A DNA stretch of 17,205 nucleotides, from the IMG/VR virus record IMGVR_UViG_2548876701_000026. One strand, written 5' to 3'. This document shows, piece after piece, positions 10,138 through 17,205 of the stretch. The notes beneath the pieces were generated by a model, which saw only the letters and a list, made by a program, of their open reading frames with translations, made no database searches and had not been told where the DNA came from. Numbering within the stretch: the first letter of the stretch is position 1; every line of letters starts with the position of its first letter. This stretch comes from a virus. Lineage: Duplodnaviria > Heunggongvirae > Uroviricota > Caudoviricetes. Position numbers and translations under genes: made by a program.

Positions 10138-10403
10138 GCATTCTTAAGACACAATTTTGATAAAGCAATAAGGAAAATAAAATGAAACTATTAACGAGGG
10201 AAACAATTTCTAAAAAATCACTGTAAAGGGAAAGCGGGATAGGTTAGATAGGGCGCGCCCCCTTGAGGTCTACCCCGCTTTCGTGTAGGATTAGAATCGG
10301 GAGAAGGATTAACGCCAGCTAACACATATTTTCGATTCAAAACCCCACATTTATTATTATAACATTTCTGTTAGTAAAAGTCAATAGGTAAATGCAATTA
10401 TTT

Positions 10404-10613
10404 TCAACTTTTTTCGGTTGTCAGTTCCCACTCACCAAATACGCAATTACCATCTAAAACGATTGTTTGATCGTTACCGTTATCATCGGTTACGTGCATC
10501 AGGCGGGTGTAAGTGTCGAGTAAGCCGGTATACACTTTACCTACTGTGAAACAATTACCCGCTTTCCCTTCTTCTGTGAGCGCCAGAAGGCGCACACGTT
10601 TAGTTTTTGTCAT
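10404..10613 (-). CDS. hypothetical small protein (69 aa), last gene of the operon
   Basis: Start overlaps the stop of the upstream gene (TAATG). No motif recognised. Confidence 0.45.
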   Translation of the reverse strand: MTKTKRVRLLALTEEGKAGNCFTVGKVYTGLLDTYTRLMHVTDDNGNDQTIVLDGNCVFGEWELTTEKS

Positions 10614-10921
10614 TAGTTGTTAGCCTTATCGATTAATTCATTAATGAGGGGTTGCAGATCTGCTACCGCTTCTTTCATGATTTCAGTGGTGTCATGAATG
10701 ACGATGATCAGATTAGAAAGGTCATCAGCTTCAATCTGTGCACCTTCGCTCTCTTCGCACGCTGCAATAAGTAGTTGCAGTGCTTCCCGCGTCGATTCCA
10801 GATTAATAACCGCCTGTGTGATGGTTAGCTCGCTTGGAAAAGTCAGAGCCGCGTTTACTGCTTTCTGTAAATCAATAACCAGATCCATCATTTGAATAGT
10901 TACGTTGTGTACTTCGCTCAT
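10613..10921 (-). CDS. hypothetical acidic protein (102 aa)
   Basis: TAATG overlap with both neighbours; Asp/Glu-rich helical-looking sequence. Confidence 0.45.
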   Translation of the reverse strand: MSEVHNVTIQMMDLVIDLQKAVNAALTFPSELTITQAVINLESTREALQLLIAACEESEGAQIEADDLSNLIIVIHDTTEIMKEAVADLQPLINELIDKANN

Positions 10922-11142
10922 TATGCCACTTCCTCTGATTGTTCTAATTGTTGTTGTGCTTCACGAGCTTTCTTCATAGCAATAGTGAGCGGGATTTTAT
11001 AAGTTGCAATGTTGTCTATAATATCATCGAGTAAACCGAGATCGTTTTCTTCCTGTGCACGTTCAATCAGGCTTATGAAGCATTCAGAAAGAAGTTTAAG
11101 ATCGTGAAAAGTGGTTGTCTCTAAAATTGCTTTGTTAATCAT
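10921..11142 (-). CDS. hypothetical small protein (73 aa)
   Basis: AAAAGGAAAA RBS upstream; acidic C-terminal tail. Confidence 0.45.
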   Translation of the reverse strand: MINKAILETTTFHDLKLLSECFISLIERAQEENDLGLLDDIIDNIATYKIPLTIAMKKAREAQQQLEQSEEVA

Positions 11143-11183
11143 TTTATTTTCCTTTTGTTAAGGGTTATATTCAGCAAACGCTG

Positions 11184-11564
11184 TTAATCGTCGATTTTTA
11201 TTTTATCAAGCAGAAGTAATTCGGTTTCTCTCACCCCTGCATATTGCAGACTGTTAAGAGCCATATACCCCCTAAAGTGGTGCATATCCTGAAAACCCAA
11301 ACACTGCCATCTTTTCAGAAGACTGGAATCTATAACCGTTGTTTTGCGTGGGCGCGGATTAAAGTAAACACCGTCCATACTTTGAATGAGTGATAATTCT
11401 TCGTCTGTTAATTCTGGGCTTGGTTCTTCAAGTATAAAGATCAATTCCTCGCCTGGTTGTGCATCATGCTCATAATTATATTTGCGAGGATTGTTTAACG
11501 CATACTGATCACATGCTTCGCCAATAGTTGTTATTACGTTTTTCTTGCCTTTTTTCTTGCTCAT
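11184..11564 (-). CDS. hypothetical protein (126 aa)
   Basis: GAAGGGGAAG RBS; basic N-terminus MSKKKGKKN. No motif recognised. Confidence 0.45.
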   Translation of the reverse strand: MSKKKGKKNVITTIGEACDQYALNNPRKYNYEHDAQPGEELIFILEEPSPELTDEELSLIQSMDGVYFNPRPRKTTVIDSSLLKRWQCLGFQDMHHFRGYMALNSLQYAGVRETELLLLDKIKIDD

Positions 11565-11685
11565 TGCTTCCCCTTCGTTTTGTTTTTCTTGTTGCAGTGT
11601 TAAAAAAGGAAGCGATCATAAATACTAAGAAAAATATTAAGCTTTCCATTGTTTCACCCTTCAAGATGTTTGATAGTTGTTTGTT

Positions 11686-11904
11686 TTAAGCTACAGAGTC
11701 GATTCTGAATGCTTTCATATGAGTTTTGGTATACTGCAATAATCCTTGTTTACTTAGGCTATCGAGAAGAGCATATAAAAATTGCTCACCTACCACACCG
11801 GAAAACTCAGAATCAAACAGAATCATTCCCGTTCTTTCCCGTAAATATTGCAGAAAGGTTTCTTGTGAAAATTCGCTATCGAATATGGTCACAGCGCCAC
11901 CCAC
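11686..11904 (-). CDS. hypothetical protein (72 aa, GTG start); possibly the downstream half of a frameshifted gene with 11889-12146
   Basis: GTG start overlaps the end of the upstream ORF by 16 nt in another frame; internal duplication IFDSEFS ... LFDSEFS. Confidence 0.3.
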   Translation of the reverse strand: MGGAVTIFDSEFSQETFLQYLRERTGMILFDSEFSGVVGEQFLYALLDSLSKQGLLQYTKTHMKAFRIDSVA

Positions 11905-12146
11905 AATTCGAAAGGGCTTATCTCAAGCAAACGGAACGTCTGACTATTCACAGCCTCATACTTAATTACCCCAAAATGGCTCAGGTGATTTAACCAGTGC
12001 TGTGTGTGTTCTTTACTATGAGGTAACTCCTGAAAGCTGATAATCGCGGGTAGCTCATAATTGCTATCAGCAAGCTGTTTTGCCAGTGTGTAGCCGCTTT
12101 CTGTAATTTCGAATGTTCGTTTGTTTAATGTCAGGTTGTATTTCAT
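11889..12146 (-). CDS. hypothetical protein (85 aa)
   Basis: AAGGAG RBS 9 nt upstream of the ATG; stop of the Rep-like gene is 12 nt upstream. Confidence 0.45.
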   Translation of the reverse strand: MKYNLTLNKRTFEITESGYTLAKQLADSNYELPAIISFQELPHSKEHTQHWLNHLSHFGVIKYEAVNSQTFRLLEISPFELWVAL

Positions 12147-12158
12147 TTTTTATTCTCC

Positions 12159-12824
12159 TTAAAATGGTATTGAGTCATAGATTTCACTTTCTTTTCTCAG
12201 GGCTATCATCAGTGCATTAAAAGCATCATCTTCAAGAATTATCCTCTTCGAGGTCAGTGCACGTTTTATAAAATTTTCTGTTTCTTCTTGCATAGGCTTT
12301 TGGCTGTCTATGGAAATAAGCCATGTAAAAAGATCAGATTGTTCCGTGATTTCTGCCTGTGTTTCCTGCTCAATAGAGTGTGTCGCTTCTAACGGTTCCT
12401 GTGTTTCAGGTGCAGGCTGTTCTACGTTTACAGAGGTTTTTACGTCTTCCGGTGGTGTGATGTGTGCATCTGTAAAGGGTAATGCTTTATAGAGTGATGT
12501 TTGCCCGTCCCGTGCCTCTACAGAAAGAACACCCATATCAATAAACATATTTATAATATTACGCACCTGACGATCACTAACCATTCCAATATTAGCTAAT
12601 GTTTTTTGATTGGCGTAACATTCTTGCCCTTGTTCATTGAACCCAGCTACGTAACTGTAGATTTCAACGGCTGGAAGTGTCGCGGTGTATTCCTTACCTG
12701 ACGGTGAGAACCACTTTTTAAACATCTTCAGCCATTGTTCAACTACTACATATGTTTGTTTACTATCTTTCTTATTGAGGCATTGCGCTTTTGCTTCGGC
12801 AATTGTTTTGGTGTTTTGGTTCAT
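12159..12824 (-). CDS. winged-helix DNA-binding protein resembling phage/plasmid replication initiator or replisome-organizer N-terminal domains (221 aa)
   Basis: Segment YSYVAGFNEQGQECYANQKTLANIGMVSDRQVRNIINMFIDMGVL fits the pattern (Y..N...G.CY.SQ.TLA...G.S...V.R.I..L...G.I) seen in Rep/replisome-organizer HTH domains; acidic linker follows. AAAGGAGG RBS. Confidence 0.5.
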   Translation of the reverse strand: MNQNTKTIAEAKAQCLNKKDSKQTYVVVEQWLKMFKKWFSPSGKEYTATLPAVEIYSYVAGFNEQGQECYANQKTLANIGMVSDRQVRNIINMFIDMGVLSVEARDGQTSLYKALPFTDAHITPPEDVKTSVNVEQPAPETQEPLEATHSIEQETQAEITEQSDLFTWLISIDSQKPMQEETENFIKRALTSKRIILEDDAFNALMIALRKESEIYDSIPF

Positions 12825-12948
12825 TTAGTTCCTCCTTTGTAAGGACTGTAATTAGTAATTCATTAACAAGTTTTGGAATTGATTTCCCTTCTGCCTTTGC
12901 ACGATTTAACAACGCGTTATAAGTTGCAGAATCAAAATTAATATTCAT
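12772..12948 (-). CDS. small DNA-binding-like protein, possibly ribbon-helix-helix (58 aa; below the ORF-track cutoff)
   Basis: ATG at 12948 with AAGGAG RBS at 8-nt spacing. Hand translation MNINFDSATYNALLNRAKAEGKSIPKLVNELLITVLTKEEL... shows a strand-helix-helix pattern. Overlaps the start of the Rep-like gene by about 50 nt. Confidence 0.4.
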   Translation of the reverse strand: MNINFDSATYNALLNRAKAEGKSIPKLVNELLITVLTKEELNEPKHQNNCRSKSAMPQ

Positions 12949-12971
12949 TTGGTTTTCTCCTTCTCCTGTTA

Positions 12972-13154
12972 TTATTCTTTCTCTGCTTCTGCCTTACGCA
13001 GTTCATCAATAATTTTTAGTGCATCGTCAAAGCATTTTTCACGCTCTGGATAACCACAGCGCCGCGCTGTGTTCCTGTTCATCCTTACTTGATGTCGTGT
13101 TAGCTCACCTTTTTTAAATGCCTCTACGACGTGTTCCGGTGTATACCATTTCAT
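12972..13154 (-). CDS. hypothetical small basic protein (60 aa from the ATG at 13154; ORF track begins at a GTG at 13187)
   Basis: AAGGAG RBS 6 nt upstream of the ATG (MKWYTPEHVV...). First gene of the leftward operon. Confidence 0.45.
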   Translation of the reverse strand: MKWYTPEHVVEAFKKGELTRHQVRMNRNTARRCGYPEREKCFDDALKIIDELRKAEAEKE

Positions 13155-13769
13155 AAAAAACTCCTTATTTAGATAAAAGAAAAACACACCTTGCAGCCTG
13201 ACGGCTCAAAGTGCAGTGTTCTGTGATTTGATTATTTAGATGGAGAGAGATGTTTCTCCCCTCCCTACTTACAATACTACATAACGGCGGCTTTGTCAAC
13301 CCTCTCTTATAAAAAACTTGATCATTTTCAATTTCTTATAATTTTTCTTAGCTTTTTGTGCTGCCTACTCTGGTACAATTCTTCCCTGTTGCCTAAAACG
13401 CTCTCAATCGCACTCTGACGGGGGTTTTGATAAAAACAATACATTCCCTTATGTAGAGGTTGTTTATCTCGTCAGAGGCTTATTTAAGGGGCTTATTTTT
13501 GATTTATCAGATGATGGAAAGATGGTGGATAGATAAACTCTGATTTCAGACATCTTATAAAATACCTGTAAAGCTCCTCAGAAGCTCTATAACGAGCTAA
13601 TCTATTACCGCTAAGTGTTTCCCTACCTTATATACGTTTAGCTCGCCTACGGCTTGATTTAAGCGGTAGAAACTTATTTAACCTTCAACTACTAAAACCA
13701 TTCTTTCTTTTTTGTTTGTTGTTGGTTGTTGTCTGTGTCTATGTGCTAACATCGCTAACGCGTAGCACA

Positions 13770-14035
13770 CAAGGTTATTGCACTCGTCAGAGTATTGCAC
13801 AATAGATTTTCTCTTAAATAGATTGATGATCGTTAGATTGGCGTAAGCCTCATCAATGGAACTATTGAAGCGCACAGCGCATAGACACTAACAACCATTC
13901 GCTTACGCTCAGGTTATTGCACAAGTAAATTTCAATCGTTAGATGGTAGTTAGTTAATTATCGTTCTGCGCACAGCGCAAGACTATTAGCCATACGCAAG
14001 CCGTAGGCTATTTGCACATAGTAGATTACATATTC
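13770..14035. repeat. degenerate tandem repeats of about 100 bp carrying recurring TTGCACA, CGTTAGAT and CGCACAGCGCA motifs
   Basis: cgcacagcgca at 13871-13881 and 13969-13979; cgttagat at 13831 and 13937; aggttattgcac at 13772 and 13911. Confidence 0.5.
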
Positions 14036-14918
14036 GTTGTGAGCGGAAAGCGAACATAGATCAGCTAACTACTAACAAAAAACAAAAAACAAAAACTATC
14101 TGTTATGACAAGCATCAGTCTAACTTGTGCAAGGTTCTGGCGAATGCCAATAGATTAAGGGATAGTCGAAGACTCCCTAACGGGTATCCCTATAATTATT
14201 CTTTAAAAGATAAAAGAATTTATAAAAGATAGTTTAATTGTAGTTTAATTATAGTATTGTAGGAACTCATTTCCTGGGTAGGTAGGAAACCCGCACTATA
14301 CGGTAAAAAGTGCTTGCATGTCAACTTATATTATGTTAATTGCGGCTTTAGATCGTCTAAGTGATTGTTAAAAGTAACTTTTAAAGTTAACAATTGATCA
14401 ATCAAACTTAAAAATTCCCGGCTTTAGAAAAGCATAAGTATTGTGCACACTGGTAAGTGTCTTGCACAGAAAAAGGTGTAAAAAATGTCTAAAGCCCTTT
14501 AGATAAAAATGATACCTTTATACATGCGCTAATAGCGCGCATAACAATAACCTACTAACAACTAACTAAAAAGTAAGAAGATGTTGTTATGATTAGTGTA
14601 TCGCTCAACGCTCACATCTATCTCTGATCTATAAATTGGTAACTGTCTAACAACAACAAACAACTATTACATGCAAAACAGCCTTACGGCTGCATAGAGA
14701 TGATTGGCTAACCTTCGGTTGCTACGCATAGCCATATCTATGAGAAGATAAAAGAGATTTAAAGGTTAGTTTGTTGTTGATCTAACTAACATTCGCTATA
14801 CGCTCATACAATCTACATTACACATTAACTATCAAACTACAATCTAACGATATATAGAATCTATATCCACTCATTATCATTCGTGCAATGATCACATTGA
14901 TAGTTCGCTATACGCTCA
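13898..14918 (+). repeat. four same-orientation iteron-like direct repeats TCGCT-N2/3-ACGCTCA; candidate origin or recombinase-binding region
   Basis: Copies at 13898-13911, 14601-14614, 14792-14806 and 14904-14918, inside a 2.25-kb AT-rich region with no credible ORF. Confidence 0.5.
14074..14094. repeat. (AACAAAA)3 heptanucleotide tandem repeat
   Basis: Read directly. Confidence 0.85.
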
Positions 14919-15440
14919 CCTCTATTATGTGCAATGGCTTTTCAGGCAACGCGTTAGCGTATTCTTGCGAATGCCTGATCTCCAAAGCCGGAATTAAACA
15001 GCAAGAATATCTCGTGTAAATCATAGAATATTCATAGTTTATCCCTATGTAATTCCATACTAAAAATTCAATGAAAAGTAGCTTAAAAGAGCAATGTTAG
15101 CTTTCTTCACTTTTACATTATCATCAGCAAAGCCTTATGTAATGCGGCATATAGCGCATCACTGCAAAATTGTTGCTCAATAAACGTTCTATCATTTATT
15201 GAACAAGTTTCCTTTAATGCAACAAAAAATTATTTTTTCAAAATAAACACACTATTTAATAGCTTGCTAATTTTACCAAAATGTAACTACATGATTCTCA
15301 TGCAAGACGTGTAGTGATAAAGCAGGCTAAATCACCACACTAAAAACCTTCGAATTTCGTAGTGAAAAAAGTCCTTTACACACCTAATCAACACGATCAA
15401 TAATCACTACACACAAATCAACACAGAAGGAATAAAGAAA

Positions 15441-15992
15441 ATGGCTAATATTGGATACATTAGGGTATCGACTGTGCAACAAAACACAGACCGTCAATTA
15501 GCTGGAGTAGCTCTTGATAAAGTCTTTGAAGATAAAGCGTCAGGCAAGAATACCCAGCGCCCACAGTTTGAGGCAATGATGAACTATGTGCGGGAAGGTG
15601 ATGTTTTGCATGTTCACAGTATTGATCGACTTTGCCGTAATACAGCCGACCTACTGGCAACGGTTGAGCAATTAACAGAGCGCGGCGTGTCTGTGCATTT
15701 CCATAAAGAAGACTTTAAGACAGGGAAGAACTCTCCCGCAGGGAATATGATGCTCACAGTGCTTGCAGCAGTGGCACAAATGGAACGTGAAATGATGCTT
15801 GAGCGCCAGCGTGAGGGGATCGCCGCAGCTAAGGCCGCTGGACGTATAGCAAAACGTGGTAATGGAAAAGCAATTGATCGAGCGGGAATTGCTGCCGCTC
15901 TCGCGAATGGTGGATCAATTCGGAGCGTAGCAAAAGATTTCAGTGTCAGCACACAAACGGTGCAACGTATCAAGAAAGAGCAGGAAGCGTAA
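15441..15992 (+). CDS. small serine recombinase of the resolvase/invertase family (183 aa)
   Basis: N-terminus MANIGYIRVSTVQQNTDRQ with the catalytic Ser in the GY(I/A)RVS-T motif; DRLCRN; C-terminal HTH GSIRSVAKDFSVSTQTVQRI. Compares well with Hin/Gin/TnpR as I recall them. AAGGA RBS. Confidence 0.85.
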   Translation: MANIGYIRVSTVQQNTDRQLAGVALDKVFEDKASGKNTQRPQFEAMMNYVREGDVLHVHSIDRLCRNTADLLATVEQLTERGVSVHFHKEDFKTGKNSPAGNMMLTVLAAVAQMEREMMLERQREGIAAAKAAGRIAKRGNGKAIDRAGIAAALANGGSIRSVAKDFSVSTQTVQRIKKEQEA

Positions 15993-16227
15993 TGCCTCCT
16001 GATATTTCAGAATTGTCGCTGCATGGACCTGACGGCGCTGATCTTCTCGTTAAGCGATGATCACGTATGCGCCGATTTCAGAGAAAAAGACAGTAACTGA
16101 ACTCACTATGAAGGCTAAACGTATCTTTACACTTGATGGAAACGTCCAAAAAACAACCTAACCCCAAAACCCAACAAATTGCAAAATATTGTTTTTAAAA
16201 GAAAATCAAATCTACATCAAATATTGG

Positions 16228-16256
16228 TTGACGTAGATTGAGGTGAATAGTAGACT
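16228..16256 (+). promoter_or_regulatory. candidate sigma70-type promoter (TTGACG-17-TAGACT) overlapping an imperfect inverted repeat
   Basis: -35 TTGACG at 16228-16233 and a 4/6 -10 at 16251-16256; inverted repeat AATCTACATCAA / TTGACGTAGATT at 16209-16239. Confidence 0.25.
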
Positions 16257-16332
16257 ATTAGGATAAATTACCAGTATTGCACACAACAAATTTGCATGAT
16301 TTAATCCCCCTCACATTCATTTAGGGGGCGTT

Positions 16333-16500
16333 ATGCATTTATCTTCAAAACATCTTAGCACTATCCGCTTTCTCGTTATTGCTTCATTCGTTGTAGCTAT
16401 CAGTTACCGACTTTTTGTTGCCTCCAATGACGAAATGAATCCTCTTGCTATTATTGCCCATTCAATAGCGACAATAGTTAGACGGTTTGAAAAACCGTAA
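16333..16500 (+). CDS. small hydrophobic (single transmembrane helix) protein, 55 aa; not in the ORF track
   Basis: AGGGGG RBS 4 nt upstream of the ATG. Hand translation MHLSSKHLSTIRFLVIASFVVAISYRLFVASNDEMNPLAIIAHSIATIVRRFEKP. The RBS can pair with CCCCCT at 16305-16310. Confidence 0.35.
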   Translation: MHLSSKHLSTIRFLVIASFVVAISYRLFVASNDEMNPLAIIAHSIATIVRRFEKP

Positions 16501-16644
16501 TACAATAAACATCCGAAATAATTTCGAAAGCAACTCATTTTTACTCTGCAAACAATCAGAAAAGACTTAATTTTGCTAAGTTAATGCATTAATCTAAAAA
16601 CGCTTTAAATCAATACATAACCATTATCTCTTGGGATTATTTAC

Positions 16645-16965
16645 ATGCGCAAAAGTTTAATGCTGTTACTTGCTTCAACATTGATTATTTCTGGATGTGC
16701 AACAAAAAAACAACTCGTTCCAACTGGTGGAAGCAAATCAGACGGCACAGTTAGGATGAGTTATTCTTACGGTATGTTTGAAAGTCCTGTTGTAGATCCA
16801 CAACAAGGCATGAATGCAGCCAAAGCGCGTTGTGCCGCTTGGGGATATTCAGGAGCCGAGCCTTTTGGTGGATTCACTTCTCAATGTTCACAACCTTCTT
16901 CATCTGGTTGTATGCAAACACTTGTGACTATCGAATATCAATGCACTGGCGATATTAAGAAGTAA
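16645..16965 (+). CDS. lipoprotein (106 aa)
   Basis: Signal peptide with lipobox LIISGC (Cys at residue 18), followed by a Cys-containing mature domain. Confidence 0.65.
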   Translation: MRKSLMLLLASTLIISGCATKKQLVPTGGSKSDGTVRMSYSYGMFESPVVDPQQGMNAAKARCAAWGYSGAEPFGGFTSQCSQPSSSGCMQTLVTIEYQCTGDIKK

Positions 16966-16970
16966 TAATT

Positions 16971-16987
16971 AGGGGCTTCCAGCCCCT
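16971..16987. terminator. bidirectional hairpin terminator between convergent genes
   Basis: aggggct-tcc-agcccct: perfect 7-bp stem with a 3-nt loop. Confidence 0.5.
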
Positions 16988-16998
16988 TCTATAACCAT

Positions 16999-17205
16999 TC
17001 ATGGAACAGGGACAACCGAAATCACTTTAAACCCTGAAACAGCCGTTACTCCATTAGATGGAGAATTAAATCTCACAGTATCTTTTCTTACTGCATCATG
17101 AATTTCATCTTTTGTTGGTTCATGCTCTGAATGGAATAAAACCTCTTCCATTCTAATTTGATCACCGTCTCTATGCTCATAAGTAATCTTGTAGCTAACA
17201 GTCAT
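16999..17205 (-). CDS. hypothetical small protein (68 aa); start codon is the last three bases of the window
   Basis: ORF with ATG at 17203-17205; convergent with the lipoprotein gene. No motif recognised. Confidence 0.45.
   Translation of the reverse strand: MTVSYKITYEHRDGDQIRMEEVLFHSEHEPTKDEIHDAVRKDTVRFNSPSNGVTAVSGFKVISVVPVP

Noticed and set aside
9600-10403. Retron-like msr/msd non-coding RNA
   Set aside because: Inverted repeats and structured RNA are present, but no reverse transcriptase gene exists anywhere in the window.
10698-12492. Plus-strand ORFs 10698..10895, 11709..11993, 11726..11965 and 12310..12492
   Set aside because: Antisense to the tightly packed minus-strand operon, which has strong RBSs and coupled stops and starts.
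13678-13875. ORF-track entry 13678..13875 (minus, 65 aa)
   Set aside because: It lies in the repeat-rich non-coding region with no RBS; the product is driven by repeat sequence.
15460-15973. Minus-strand ORFs 15460..15660 and 15614..15973
   Set aside because: Antisense to the clearly recognisable serine recombinase gene.
16095-16114. Fourth phage-promoter-like sequence on the plus strand (AACTCACTATGAAGG)
   Set aside because: It matches the ACTCACTAT part of the T7 core but lacks the A at -1 and the GGG initiating triplet. Probably a chance or decayed match.

Overview
This 17.2-kb window reads as the junction of two integrated phage-like elements placed back-to-back around divergent tyrosine integrase genes (2492-4099 minus; 4341-5561 plus). 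All product calls come from reading motifs by eye; no database search or folding was run.

Left arm (1-4099, all minus strand): integrase, an overlapping Zn-ribbon/DUF4145-like gene, three T7-class single-subunit-RNAP promoter-like repeats, and a Rha/antirepressor-type regulator.

Right arm (4341 to about 16000): a compact virion-like module (lambda D/E-like decoration and major capsid pair, a small HTH gene ending in a (CAAAA)n repeat, a 613-aa tape-measure-like protein); an 880-bp structured non-coding spacer; a translationally coupled operon of about ten small genes including an RHH-like and a winged-helix replication-initiator-like protein; a 2.25-kb ORF-free region dense in iteron-like direct repeats; and a small serine recombinase.

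Right edge: a small membrane protein, a lipoprotein and a small ORF. No rRNA, tRNA or CRISPR array was recognised.

The most likely candidates for something undescribed are the T7-class promoter repeats on an integrase-bearing element, the Zn-ribbon/DUF4145 gene beside the integrase, and the satellite-like right-arm element with capsid genes but no packaging genes.
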